A DNA stretch of 62,695 bases, the filler included. It is 7 parts of 7 records of this genome, joined end to end, with 100 filler letters (N's around TTAATTAATTAA, not from the genome) between each part and the next. Parts side by side here need not be neighbours in the genome. Positions count along the whole stretch, not along the records: positions 25,294 to 31,931 come from SRR31156797_25233; positions 32,032 to 49,176 come from SRR31156797_25237; 5 more parts are not named here. One strand, 5' to 3'. A program made the translations under genes and the position numbers. Numbering within the stretch: position 1 is the stretch's first letter; each line of letters begins with the position of its first letter. The notes beneath the pieces were generated by a model. The model did not search any database, had not been told where the DNA came from, and was given only the letters and a program-made list of their open reading frames with translations. This document shows, piece after piece, positions 29,689 through 42,567 of this stretch.

Positions 29689-31116
29689 TTAGCTCTTCCG
29701 GATGCGCTTGACGAGTTGGTCTTCGCCGGGCTTCAGGGCGGCGCGGTGCTTCTCGACTTCTTCGAAGATGTCGGCGATCACGTCGGGGTGGTTCTTGGCG
29801 ACGTCGTATTTTTCCGACGGATCGTGTTCCAGGTGGTAGAGCACGGGCGGATCGTGCTTGACGGGCTTGTCGCCGCGGTAGCCTGATTTCGTGATGAAGT
29901 GCGCCTTGTACGGTCCCTTGCGCACGGCGTAGAGTTCGGTGCCGCGATAGTAGAACATGGTCTGCCGTGGGCTTCGCCCGGTGCCGAAGAGGGCCGGGCG
30001 CAGGTCGAGGCCATCGACGACGCGGTCGGTGGGAACTTTCGCGCCACCGAGTTTCAAGATCGTGGTGTAGAGGTCCATCGTCGCGCCCATGTCACGGACC
30101 ACGCCCGGGGCGATCTTGCCCGGCCACCAACAGATCGTCGGCTCGCGCATCCCGCCTTCGTAGGTGCAACCCTTGCCCTCGCGCAGCAAGCCGGCCGAGC
30201 CACCGTGCGTTTGGAACGGCAGCCAGGGGCCGTTGTCGGAGGTGAAGACGACGAAGGTGTTCTCGGCTAGGTCGTGTTTCTTCAGCGTATCGAGAATGCG
30301 CCCGACCCCGGCATCGATCTCCTCGATGACATCGCCATAAAGCCCGCGCCGGCTCGTGCCCCGGAATTCGTCCGAGGTAAACAGCGGCACGTGCGGCAGG
30401 TTGTGCGCGAGGTAGAGGAAGAAGGGCTCATCTTTCTTTCGCTCAATGAAGCGCACGGCCTCGTCGCTGTAGCGTTTGATGATGGTGTTCTGATCGGCCG
30501 GACGCTCGATGACTTCCTCGTCGCGCATCAGCGGGACGTTCCAGTATTCGACCTTCGGGTCCCAGAAGGCCTGCCGCCCTTTGGGGTCACCACTCACGCG
30601 GTCCATGTCGTTGCTGTAGGGAATGCCGTAGTAGGAATCGAAGCCGTGACTGGTGGGCAGGTATTGAGGCAGATGGCCCAGGTGCCACTTACCGATCGCG
30701 GCGGTCGCGTAGCCCTGGGGCTTGAGTGCCTTGGCGATGGTGACTTCGCTTTGAGGCAAGCCGCCGGCTGAATCCGGGAACAGCACCCGCCGCTTGCTGC
30801 TGCACATTCCGCTGCGGATCGGCAGGCGCCCGGTCAGCAGGGCGGCGCGGCTGGGCGTACAGACCGACGCGCCGACGTAGAAGTTCGTCCACTTCTGGCC
30901 CTCGGCCGCCATGCGATCGAGGTTGGGTGTGCGAATCGTGGGATGGCCGAAGCAGGCGAGATCGCCATAGCCGAGATCGTCGCAGAAGATGACGACGACG
31001 TTGGGCCGTCTGCCTCTGCCTCCCGCGGTGGCTGGCGCCAGCAGGTTTCGAGATCCAGGTATCGTTAAGGCCGCGGCGGTCAGGCCCATCGTCTTGAAGA
31101 AGTCACGTCGATTCAT
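29689..31116 (-). CDS. Sulfatase (arylsulfatase A-like), Tat-exported
   Basis: MNRRDFFK Tat motif; DDLGYGD, CTPSRAALLTG, GKWHLG, SDNG. Confidence 0.95.
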   Translation of the reverse strand: MNRRDFFKTMGLTAAALTIPGSRNLLAPATAGGRGRRPNVVVIFCDDLGYGDLACFGHPTIRTPNLDRMAAEGQKWTNFYVGASVCTPSRAALLTGRLPIRSGMCSSKRRVLFPDSAGGLPQSEVTIAKALKPQGYATAAIGKWHLGHLPQYLPTSHGFDSYYGIPYSNDMDRVSGDPKGRQAFWDPKVEYWNVPLMRDEEVIERPADQNTIIKRYSDEAVRFIERKKDEPFFLYLAHNLPHVPLFTSDEFRGTSRRGLYGDVIEEIDAGVGRILDTLKKHDLAENTFVVFTSDNGPWLPFQTHGGSAGLLREGKGCTYEGGMREPTICWWPGKIAPGVVRDMGATMDLYTTILKLGGAKVPTDRVVDGLDLRPALFGTGRSPRQTMFYYRGTELYAVRKGPYKAHFITKSGYRGDKPVKHDPPVLYHLEHDPSEKYDVAKNHPDVIADIFEEVEKHRAALKPGEDQLVKRIRKS

Positions 31117-31134
31117 AGGTCGGTTCCCTTGGCG

Positions 31135-31931
31135 TCAGGCGGTTCGGTTGGTGGTCGGTTTCTTGAGGGGCCAGGGTTGCACGCCGCAGCGCTTCACCCA
31201 GCTCCGGTACAGCGTCTTCAGTTCGCGAACCGTCTCGGGAAATCGTTCGGAAAGATCGTGCAGTTCCGTGCGGTCCGCTTCGAGATCGTAGAGTTCCCAG
31301 GGCTCTCCGTGTGCGGCGACCAGCTTCCACTTACCCTGGCGCACCGCTCGGTTGCCCTGGTGTTCCCAGAACAGCGCATCGTGGCCTTTTCGATCGCTCC
31401 CTTTGAGCAACGGCAGCAGACTCTTGCCCTCCAGAGGAATGATGGCTCTTCCTTTGTAGGTCCCGGGGTACGTCGTGCCCGTGACATCGCAGCAGGTGGC
31501 CATGATATCGATCACGTGGCCCGGCTCGTGGACCAGCTTGCCCTGGCGCTTGATGCCGTGCGGCCAGTGGGCGATCAGAGGCGTGGCGGTGCCCCCTTCG
31601 TGCGTCCAGGACTTGTAGCGCTGAAACGGCGTGTCGCTGGCGTTGGCCCAGCACCGGCCGTAGCTGGCGTAAGACTGCGGCGACCCGATCGGCTCGCCCG
31701 CGCGACTGAACCCCCACAGGCCACCTTCGGCGCTGCCCCCGTTGTCGGACAAGAAGAGGATCAGCGTGTTGTCGAAAACGCCGGCTTCTTTCAGCGTGTC
31801 CACCAGCCGGCCGATGTTCTGGTCCATCCGATCGACCATCGCCGCGTAGACCGCCATGCGCAGGTCCATCTCGTCGCGCTGGGTATCGTCCAGCGACTCC
31901 CAGGGTTTGCCACCGCGCGGCGACAGGGCCC
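31135..31931 (-). CDS. Arylsulfatase, C-terminal part (partial)
   Basis: YAAMVDRMDQNIG, SDNG, EGGTATP, WELYDL; open to the contig edge. Confidence 0.88.
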
Positions 31932-32031
31932 NNNNNNNNNNNNNNNNNNNNNNNNNNNNNNNNNNNNNNNNNNNNTTAATTAATTAANNNNNNNNNNNNN
32001 NNNNNNNNNNNNNNNNNNNNNNNNNNNNNNN
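31932..32031. other. Artificial contig spacer
   Basis: Same linker. Confidence 0.98.
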
Positions 32032-32073
32032 CCAGTTACTTTTTACCGGACACTAGTGATTCATTATATATAG

Positions 32074-32131
32074 AAACTCCCGGCTGAAAATATCAACCGG
32101 GAGTTTTTAATCTGGTAATTGGATAACTTCT
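32074..32131. repeat. REP-like hairpin repeat, copy 1
   Basis: AAACTCCCGGCTGA-aaata-TCAACCGGGAGTTT plus tail TTAATCTggTAATTGGATAACTTCT. Confidence 0.85.
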
Positions 32132-32323
32132 ATTATAGGTCTGTTAAGGCCAAATTCATGACTACAAATTTACTTTAACATTTTCTTAACGGAGTTTAAC
32201 CAGTCTTTAACCAAATTGATTTATCTCTGATTTTAAATTTGCTCCTACTAAAAACATCTTAATAACATTCATATTTTTAAGACCAGTATATGTTTTGTTG
32301 AACCTTTATTAAAGTATCGTTCT

Positions 32324-32524
32324 ATGTTAGATTTATGTAAAACTGTATTAGAAGGAGTTCATGAAGACAAAAACCTCTTTAGAAAAGAATTGATTAAATC
32401 AATGTCGTGGTTAAATGCTGAAGACCAATTAAAATTTCAAGCCTGGGTACGAAAAACTTTTGGGCATAAACATGCCGATGTGATTGAAGAAATACTCAAT
32501 ACCAAGTACCTTTTTGCGTCGTAA
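32324..32524 (+). CDS. Small hypothetical protein
   Basis: 66-aa ORF (K.VL..V..D..LFRKELIKS..WL) preceded by a TAAATTTG promoter motif. Confidence 0.7.
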   Translation: MLDLCKTVLEGVHEDKNLFRKELIKSMSWLNAEDQLKFQAWVRKTFGHKHADVIEEILNTKYLFAS

Positions 32525-32653
32525 AATCTCTTATTTAGTATGTATCGGTTAAACCGGTACATACGCCTTTATATATGTGTATGCTTAATTCTAAGCGTAA
32601 CGGTATTCTTATATCTAATTATTAATAAAAAACAGTTTTAAGGAGGAACTTCT

Positions 32654-33802
32654 ATGCAACGTTTTAAAATTTACTGGACACTATTTATGGTATCCTTTTT
32701 ATTAATTAATATTCAGCAAAACTTATTGGCTACTGAGGGTAAGGCCGAAATCTATACACCATATACTATGGTATCTGTATCGCCCGGTAGCACAGTAAAT
32801 TATACTTTAGACATCATTAATAAGAAAGATCAAACGATAAACCAAAATATCAGTATCAACAACATTCCCCGCTCCTGGAATTATACCCTTACTGCAAGTG
32901 GTATGTCTATTAACAAAGTGGCTGTTTTAGCTAATAAAAAAGAAACCTTAAAATTAAAAATAGACGTTCCATATAAGGTAAAAAAGGGATATTATACTTT
33001 TAATGCAAAACTGGGCGATATAGCGTCTTTACCTTTAACCATTCATATTACTTCTGGCGGATCTAATGAAACAGAACTTTCATGCGAGCAAAAAAATATG
33101 GAAGGTACTTCAAAATCAAACTTTTCTTTCAACGCAGTACTGAAGAACAAAACCGCCAACAAACAACAATATGCCCTAATGGCATCAGCTCCCAAAGGTT
33201 GGAGCGTTGCTATTAAGCCGAACCACAAACAGGCTACCTCCACTGAAGTTGAGGCCAATGGTACAAAAAGTATTAATTACACTATAAACCCACCCTCTAC
33301 GGTAAACGCAGGAACTTACTTAATACCTGTAAAAGCAGTATCCGGATCCACCTCTGCAGAAATGGAATTAGAGGTGGTGATTACCGGGACATATGAATTG
33401 TCTTTTTCAACACCAACAGGACTATTAAGTGCTAAAATAACAGCCGGGGAGGACAAAAAACTAGCGTTAATAGTTAAAAATACAGGTTCTACTAAACTTG
33501 AAAATATTGAACTATCCGCCTCAAAGCCAAAAAACTGGGATATTTCATTCGATACAAATAAAATTGAAATTCTGGAACCCGGAAAAACAACTACGATTTA
33601 TGCAAACATTAAGGCTGATAAAAGAGCCATTCCCGGTGACTATGTAACCAAGATTACAGCAAAAACGACCGAAACTACACAAAGTCTATCTTTTAGAATT
33701 ATGGTAAAAACACCCATGCTAATGGGCTGGTTAGGGATCTTAATCATATTGATCACCATAGCTGGTATCGTATTCTTAATTAAGAAATTTGGAAGGAGGT
33801 AA
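32654..33802 (+). CDS. NEW3/Ig-like repeat membrane protein associated with an ABC transporter
   Basis: Signal peptide, three beta-sandwich repeats (P..W, G.Y), VKNTGS, C-terminal TM helix ending KKFGRR. Confidence 0.8.
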   Translation: MQRFKIYWTLFMVSFLLINIQQNLLATEGKAEIYTPYTMVSVSPGSTVNYTLDIINKKDQTINQNISINNIPRSWNYTLTASGMSINKVAVLANKKETLKLKIDVPYKVKKGYYTFNAKLGDIASLPLTIHITSGGSNETELSCEQKNMEGTSKSNFSFNAVLKNKTANKQQYALMASAPKGWSVAIKPNHKQATSTEVEANGTKSINYTINPPSTVNAGTYLIPVKAVSGSTSAEMELEVVITGTYELSFSTPTGLLSAKITAGEDKKLALIVKNTGSTKLENIELSASKPKNWDISFDTNKIEILEPGKTTTIYANIKADKRAIPGDYVTKITAKTTETTQSLSFRIMVKTPMLMGWLGILIILITIAGIVFLIKKFGRR

Positions 33803-33804
33803 AT

Positions 33805-34770
33805 ATGGATAATCCGGTGATTCAACTCAATGGGATTTCTAAACAATACGGTGATTTTACTGCAGTCGACAACCTGAACTTATCCATTCACAAAGGTGAG
33901 ATATTTGGCTTGCTAGGTCCCAACGGAGCAGGAAAATCAACTACGATACTAATGTTAATGGGACTCACAGACCCCAGTACAGGAAGTGTGCACGTATGTG
34001 GAATCAATTCTACTTCGAAACCTATTGAAGTGAAAAAGCAAGTTGGGTATTTACCCGAAGATGTTGGGTTTTATGATGACCACACTGGTTTAGAAAACCT
34101 GATATACACAGCCAGACTGAATGGTTTTGATTATACAACTGCTAAAGAAAAAGCCTGTGAGCTATTAGAACGAGTTGGACTGAAAAATGATATAAATAAA
34201 AAAACAGGTAAGTATTCCAAAGGAATGCGTCAACGCTTAGGTTTGGCCGATGTGCTGATTAAAAATCCGGAAGTCATCATATTAGATGAGCCAACTACAG
34301 GTATTGATCCACAAGGCGTGATGGAATTGCTCGGATTAATAAAAAAACTAAGTGTGGAGCAAAACATCACTGTATTATTTTCATCTCATAACCTGCACCA
34401 GGTTCAAGAGGTTTGCGATCGTGTAGGAATATTTGTTAGTGGAAAGTTACTGGCTGAAGGTAAAATCAAAGAGTTATCTAAAAAACTCTTTACTCATGGT
34501 TTGTATTTAATTGAACTGGGAATAGATTATGGCAAAAATTCCGGAATAAATTCTGACGAACTCAAAAACCTTTTAAATGCAATTGATGGTATTCAGAAAG
34601 TATCCGAAAACAATGGTCACTTTCAAATTGAATGCGCTTCAGATATTTCACCTATCATAGCTAAAAAGGTAATTGAAGCCAACTGCAATCTTAATTTTCT
34701 GAATAAAAAAGAATATGGTCTGGATGCCATATATAACCGATACTTTGAAGGAGGATTAAACAATGATTAG
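33805..34770 (+). CDS. ABC transporter ATP-binding protein
   Basis: GPNGAGKST, YSKGMRQR, ILDEPT. Confidence 0.95.
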   Translation: MDNPVIQLNGISKQYGDFTAVDNLNLSIHKGEIFGLLGPNGAGKSTTILMLMGLTDPSTGSVHVCGINSTSKPIEVKKQVGYLPEDVGFYDDHTGLENLIYTARLNGFDYTTAKEKACELLERVGLKNDINKKTGKYSKGMRQRLGLADVLIKNPEVIILDEPTTGIDPQGVMELLGLIKKLSVEQNITVLFSSHNLHQVQEVCDRVGIFVSGKLLAEGKIKELSKKLFTHGLYLIELGIDYGKNSGINSDELKNLLNAIDGIQKVSENNGHFQIECASDISPIIAKKVIEANCNLNFLNKKEYGLDAIYNRYFEGGLNND

Positions 34771-35731
34771 TATAAGCACAAAGCAAACAAATCCATTTGG
34801 CGTTATGGTAAGTAAAGAAATTTCCGATACCGTTAAAAGTTGGAAATTCATCATTATGGTAGCATTGGTGTTGCTAACATGTATGGGCTCACTATATGCT
34901 GCCCTTAGTGATTTTTCTTCCGTTATAAAAGGAGCAAATGCCGATGATGAGTTCTTCTTCCTGAAGTTGTATACCCATTCCAATGGAACTTTGCCATCTT
35001 TTCTGGTATTCATTAGTTTCTTAGGGCCTTTACTGGGTATAAGTATGGGTTTTGACAGTATAAATACGGAACATAACAAAGGGACTTTAAGCAGACTATT
35101 GGCACAACCTATTTATAGAGATTATATACTTAATGCCAAGTTTACAGCTGCCTTAACCATTCTCAGCTACCTATTCATTGGGCTTAGTTTACTGGTACTT
35201 GGATTTGGTCTTGTTTCTATTGGAATTCCTCCTACAGTTGATGAATTATCGAGAATCATCATATTCTCCATTGTAAATATTATATACGTTGGTTTCTGGC
35301 TTAATTTATCTATACTCTTCTCAGTAAAATTTCGTCAGGCAGCAACATCTGCACTGGCTGGAATTTCAGTATGGCTTTTCTTTACTATTTTCTATAGTAT
35401 GATTGTAAACCTTATTGCAAAAGGTCTGGCACCGGTAAGGTTTATAAGTGAGAACCAGATGGTCAATTTTCAACGTTTTGTTCAAAACTTAATGCGCTTT
35501 AATCCTGGACAATTATTCAATGATGTTACAAATACCATACTACGACCTTCAATCCGCAGCCTGGGTCCCCTAACTACAGAACAAACCATCGGGGCTATTC
35601 CTAGTCCATTACCGCTTGGGCAGAGTCTAATGCTAGTTTGGCCACAGGTTGTTGTCCTCATTGGAGGAACACTATTATTCTTTGCCATTGCATATACCCT
35701 ATTTATGCGAAGAGAAATACGTTCTAGATAA
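34763..35731 (+). CDS. ABC-2 type permease
   Basis: Multiple TM helices; GFDSIN.E...GTL.RLL.QP. Confidence 0.9.
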   Translation: MISISTKQTNPFGVMVSKEISDTVKSWKFIIMVALVLLTCMGSLYAALSDFSSVIKGANADDEFFFLKLYTHSNGTLPSFLVFISFLGPLLGISMGFDSINTEHNKGTLSRLLAQPIYRDYILNAKFTAALTILSYLFIGLSLLVLGFGLVSIGIPPTVDELSRIIIFSIVNIIYVGFWLNLSILFSVKFRQAATSALAGISVWLFFTIFYSMIVNLIAKGLAPVRFISENQMVNFQRFVQNLMRFNPGQLFNDVTNTILRPSIRSLGPLTTEQTIGAIPSPLPLGQSLMLVWPQVVVLIGGTLLFFAIAYTLFMRREIRSR

Positions 35732-35798
35732 CTATGAATTAAGCAATAAACAGAGTACAAATTAAATCATTTCAATTTATAATAAATCATTCTAAACA

Positions 35799-36731
35799 AT
35801 GGACATCCATGTAAAGAACATTACCAAAACGTACGGTACACAAAAAGCCTTAGATGATTTATCGTTTAAGGTTAAAACCGGAGAAATACTGGGATTTCTG
35901 GGACCCAATGGAGCAGGTAAAACCACCACAATGAAGGCCATTACCTGCTACATTACGCCTAATGGCGGAGACATCACATTAGGTGGAAAATCGGTACATG
36001 ATTCACCCGATGAGGTGAAAAAGAATATCGGTTATCTACCGGAGAATAACCCTTTGTATCTTGATATGACCATTATGGATTATCTCAATTTTATTGGCGA
36101 GTTGCAAGGGGTTAGCAAAAGCAATATTAAAGCGCAGGTCGAGAAAATGATTCGAATTTGTGGGTTAGACCTTGAAAAACACAAGAAGATAGGTGAATTA
36201 TCTAAGGGCTACAAACAAAGGGTTGGTCTGGCACAAGCGTTAATACACGACCCTGAAGTTTTAATTCTTGATGAACCGACTACAGGTTTAGACCCCAACC
36301 AGATTATTGAGATCCGAAAGCTTATAAAGGAAATTGGGCGTGAAAAAACGGTTATTCTGAGCTCTCATATTCTGGCCGAGGTGGAAGCTACTTGCGACAG
36401 GGTTTTAATCATTAACAAAGGAAAGATTGTGGCTGATGGAAGCCCGGAATCATTGCGAAAAGAAGCTCAAGGAACTGAAATTCTAAAGGTGGGACTTAGT
36501 GTAGCAGACCGAAACGAAGCACACAAAGCCTTAAGTGATATTGAAGAAGTAGCTACTGTTTCGTTTACAGATGCTAACACATGCATTTTTGAGGTAGAGA
36601 GTTATGTGGGAAAATCATCTATCAAAAGCATCTTTAACATGTGCGTAAGTAAAGGTTGGTTTATAACTCAGTTAACCCCTGTTGAAAAGAACCTGGAAGA
36701 TGTGTTTAGAGAATTAACACAAGCGAGCTAG
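35799..36731 (+). CDS. gldA: GldA-like ABC ATP-binding protein
   Basis: GPNGAGKTTTM, IGYLPENNPLY, LSKGYKQRVGLAQA, GLDPNQ. Confidence 0.75.
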   Translation: MDIHVKNITKTYGTQKALDDLSFKVKTGEILGFLGPNGAGKTTTMKAITCYITPNGGDITLGGKSVHDSPDEVKKNIGYLPENNPLYLDMTIMDYLNFIGELQGVSKSNIKAQVEKMIRICGLDLEKHKKIGELSKGYKQRVGLAQALIHDPEVLILDEPTTGLDPNQIIEIRKLIKEIGREKTVILSSHILAEVEATCDRVLIINKGKIVADGSPESLRKEAQGTEILKVGLSVADRNEAHKALSDIEEVATVSFTDANTCIFEVESYVGKSSIKSIFNMCVSKGWFITQLTPVEKNLEDVFRELTQAS

Positions 36732-36832
36732 TAAGATTAAAAGTAAATAACGATTTGGTATTCATTCACCTGTTTATGAATCTAGAAATTCTTCATGTAT
36801 ATGGATACAATAAATCTTGACACTAATATATT

Positions 36833-37558
36833 ATGAAACAAATATGGATAATCACAAAAAAGGAATTAAAAGGATACTTTGATTCTTTGATGGCCTACAT
36901 ACTAATCGTTGTTTTTTTAGGCTTAAGCGGTTTTTTCACCTGGCTTTATGGAAACAACGATGTATTTTACATTAATAGAGCAACCATGCAACCATTTTTT
37001 GGCATAGCTTACTGGACGCTCTTTATATTTATTCCGGCATTAACGATGAAACAAATTGCCGAAGAATTTAAAACAGGAACTATTGAGTTGCTGTTGACTA
37101 AACCAGTTTCGGATTGGCAGGTAGTAAGCGGTAAGTTTTTGGCTACCTTTATGCTTATCGCAATCTCATTAGCCTTGACACTTCCTTATTACATTTCAAT
37201 TGCTAATATAGGGCCAATAGACCATGGCTCTGTTGTAACGGGGTACTTAGGCTTACTTTTAATGAGTGCTGCATATATTAGCCTGGGGATTTTTGCCAGT
37301 AGTATTACATCTAACCAAATAGTGGCTTTCTTATTGGCATTAATCATTGGCATCTTCTTTCAAATTTTATTTGGCATTATCTCAGGAGCATTCCCCGGAA
37401 TGATAGGAGATGCCTTATCCTACCTGGATATGCAATTCCATTACAGAAGCATTACTAGAGGAGTAATTGACAGTAAAAACATCATCTATTTTGCTACAAT
37501 CATTGTAGGAGGTTTAATGGCCTCTGAACTGTCACTTGTTAAACGTAACATCAACTAA
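36833..37558 (+). CDS. gldF: GldF-like ABC permease
   Basis: KKEL..YF.S..AY, IPALTM..IAEE...GTIELLLTKP, NQIVAF. Confidence 0.75.
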   Translation: MKQIWIITKKELKGYFDSLMAYILIVVFLGLSGFFTWLYGNNDVFYINRATMQPFFGIAYWTLFIFIPALTMKQIAEEFKTGTIELLLTKPVSDWQVVSGKFLATFMLIAISLALTLPYYISIANIGPIDHGSVVTGYLGLLLMSAAYISLGIFASSITSNQIVAFLLALIIGIFFQILFGIISGAFPGMIGDALSYLDMQFHYRSITRGVIDSKNIIYFATIIVGGLMASELSLVKRNIN

Positions 37559-37569
37559 TTAAAAAAATC

Positions 37570-39069
37570 ATGAACGATAAGCTACGATTTAAATATTATA
37601 TCGCATTGGTTTTGGGCGTATTGGTCTTAATTAACGTTTTGGCGAATCGTTTTTTTGTTCGCCTTGACTTTACTGAAGACCAGCGATATACATTAAGTGA
37701 AACTACTAAAGATATATTGAAAGATATTACTGAACCTATTACTGTAACCGCCTATTTTTCTGAAGGTTTGCAACCTCAGTTTGATCAGTTGCGAAAAGAC
37801 TTTAAGGACTTATTGGCAGAATATGCATCACGCAGTAATCATCAATTGGTATTTGAATTTATAAACCCAAATGAAGATGCGCAGGAAGAACAAATAGCAG
37901 TTCAGGCGGGTATTCAAACAGTAATGATTGAAGCAAGGGAAAAAGATCAGGCTACCACAAAAAAGGCATATATGGGTGCCATAGTACAAATTGGCGAAAG
38001 CTCAGAAACGATACCATTTATTCAACCCGGAGCACAAATGGAATATGCGCTAACAACTGCTATTAAAAAAATGACGGTTCCGGATAAGGATGCCATTGGT
38101 TTTATTGTTGGACATGGAGAACCGGCAATAAATGAGCAAATACAAGTAATACAGGGATTAGAAGTTTTGTATGTACCTGAAGAAGTAACCTTATCCGATA
38201 GCGTTAATCTGAGCAAATATAAAACCTTGGCCTGGATTAATCCGCAGGATTCTATTGCTGCAGCACATTTTACATATGTGGAAGATTTTCTAAAACAAGG
38301 AGGAAATCTACTTGTATCATTCAACAAGGTGGATGCTCAATTGAATCAGGGAATGGGTTTTGCCAAATATACTGGTATGGGGGACTGGTTAAAAAAGCAA
38401 GGGCTTACTGTCAATGAAGACTTTATTGTAGATGCCAATTGTGGTTCAGTCAATGTACAGCAGCGTCAGGGAATTTTTACAGTAAATCGCCCCATTAACT
38501 TTCCTTATCTGCCTATCCTATCTAATTTTGCCGACCATCCAATTACACAAGGTTTAGGAACAATGATTATGCAGTTTGGAAGCTCCTTAAGCTTTAACGG
38601 TGATTCCTTAAGCAAATTTACCCCATTAGTCTTTACTTCAGATAAATCAGGAAAACGAGCAGCTCCGGTATATTTTAATATCGAAAAACAGTGGCAGGAA
38701 GGTGATTTCACCGCATCAAAACTTCCTGTAGCAGGACTTTTAGAAAAAAACAATTATAAAGTAGTTGTCATTACAGATGGAGATTTAGCCATTAATGGTA
38801 CTGGTCAGGAAGTTCGTCAGGTTCAACCAGACAATGCAAATTTTATAGTTAATGCCATTGATTTTATGAGTGATGATACCGGATTGATTCAATTAAGAAG
38901 TAAGCAAGTGAAGATGCGACCTTTAGATCAATTGGAAGATGGAGATAAAAACATATTGAAGATTCTAAACTTCACTTTGCCCATCCTTATTATTATTGGT
39001 ATAGGAATTTATCGTTATCAAAGAAGAAAGTTTACCCGCTTAAAAATTAAAGGAGAAAGCTATGTTTAG
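37570..39069 (+). CDS. gldG: GldG-like ABC auxiliary protein
   Basis: RLDFTEDQRYTLS..T, EY.LT.AI, GHGE, HPIT; N- and C-terminal TM helices. Confidence 0.78.
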   Translation: MNDKLRFKYYIALVLGVLVLINVLANRFFVRLDFTEDQRYTLSETTKDILKDITEPITVTAYFSEGLQPQFDQLRKDFKDLLAEYASRSNHQLVFEFINPNEDAQEEQIAVQAGIQTVMIEAREKDQATTKKAYMGAIVQIGESSETIPFIQPGAQMEYALTTAIKKMTVPDKDAIGFIVGHGEPAINEQIQVIQGLEVLYVPEEVTLSDSVNLSKYKTLAWINPQDSIAAAHFTYVEDFLKQGGNLLVSFNKVDAQLNQGMGFAKYTGMGDWLKKQGLTVNEDFIVDANCGSVNVQQRQGIFTVNRPINFPYLPILSNFADHPITQGLGTMIMQFGSSLSFNGDSLSKFTPLVFTSDKSGKRAAPVYFNIEKQWQEGDFTASKLPVAGLLEKNNYKVVVITDGDLAINGTGQEVRQVQPDNANFIVNAIDFMSDDTGLIQLRSKQVKMRPLDQLEDGDKNILKILNFTLPILIIIGIGIYRYQRRKFTRLKIKGESYV

Positions 39070-40024
39070 AAAATTAAATATTAAAACGCTGAGCTGGGTA
39101 TTTACAGGCCTGCTCATACTAGCTGTTGTTATTAAGGTATTAGATAAACAAAGAGGTGTTAATACACTTAAATCTGAACTTTTTAAAATAGATGAAAACA
39201 CTATTACCTCAGTAATTGTACAGCCCAAAATACTTAATGGTAAAAGTATTGAACTTAAAAAGGAAAATAATGATTGGAAAGTAATCTCTGAAGGGAAATC
39301 ATATAATGGTGATGCCACAACGATTGAACGCTTGGTAGAACAGTTAAATGGATTAAAACCGATTAGGTTAGCATCTCAAAGCAAAGATAGTTGGGATAAA
39401 TTTGAGTTAACGGACTCTCTGGCTACAAAAGTGCAATTTATGGGAGCTGAAGGAGAATTATCCAGCATTTATATAGGTAAGTTTTCATATTCGCAACCCA
39501 AAACAAATCCAATGATGCAACAAAATCCATATATGCGTCCTCAGGGTACAATGACATCCTATGTCCGATATAACGACGAAAAAGAAGTTTATGCTGTAGA
39601 AGGTTTTCTGGGTAGTTCGGCGAACAGAAACGCTGATGCGTTTAGGAATAAAACCATATTAAAAACCAACAAAACCGATATCAACAAAATTGAGTTTAGT
39701 TATCCTTCCGATAGTTCGTTTACCATCGTTAAAAACGAAAGCGCATGGATGAGTAATGGCATTCTGCTCGACTCCACTTCCGTAGCCAATTATTTATCTG
39801 GAATCACTTCTTTAGAAGGAAGAAGCTTTACCGATAATAATAAAACAGCAACGCACACAGCTAAAATTTCTTTAAGCAACGGAGACATTGTTGAAGTGAG
39901 TGCAGCTATTGAAAATGGCCAAGCCACTATAACGACTTCTCAAAACAAAGGAACTGTTTTTAAAGAAGGTTTAAGTTCAAATTTCAATAAACTATTCATA
40001 TCTAAAAAAGAGCTATCGAAGTAA
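39062..40024 (+). CDS. DUF4340-like protein
   Basis: N-terminal TM helix; usual fourth gene after gldA/F/G-like clusters. Confidence 0.7.
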   Translation: MFRKLNIKTLSWVFTGLLILAVVIKVLDKQRGVNTLKSELFKIDENTITSVIVQPKILNGKSIELKKENNDWKVISEGKSYNGDATTIERLVEQLNGLKPIRLASQSKDSWDKFELTDSLATKVQFMGAEGELSSIYIGKFSYSQPKTNPMMQQNPYMRPQGTMTSYVRYNDEKEVYAVEGFLGSSANRNADAFRNKTILKTNKTDINKIEFSYPSDSSFTIVKNESAWMSNGILLDSTSVANYLSGITSLEGRSFTDNNKTATHTAKISLSNGDIVEVSAAIENGQATITTSQNKGTVFKEGLSSNFNKLFISKKELSK

Positions 40025-40032
40025 TTTAAAAT

Positions 40033-40091
40033 AAACTCCCGGCTGAATAATATCAACCGGGAGTTTTTAATCTAATAATTGGATAACTTCT
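40033..40091. repeat. REP-like hairpin repeat, copy 2 (likely bidirectional terminator)
   Basis: Near-identical to 32074-32131 including the non-hairpin tail; lies between convergent genes. Confidence 0.85.
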
Positions 40092-40148
40092 TTTTTTACA
40101 GACTTCTAGAAGATCGTAATTAGAAGTCTCAATTTTATTCTGAATTAT

Positions 40149-42407
<2,259 letters not shown>

Positions 42408-42567
42408 TTACTGATTAGGAAATATGATTTAAGATACATCAAATATTTCATTTAAAAAATTTCAAATCACAACAAGAACCCTATAATACAACTCCTTACA
42501 AACTTCAACAAATCAATACTAAATAATAAATATACACTATGTGCCGACAATTCTAAACATAGATTTT

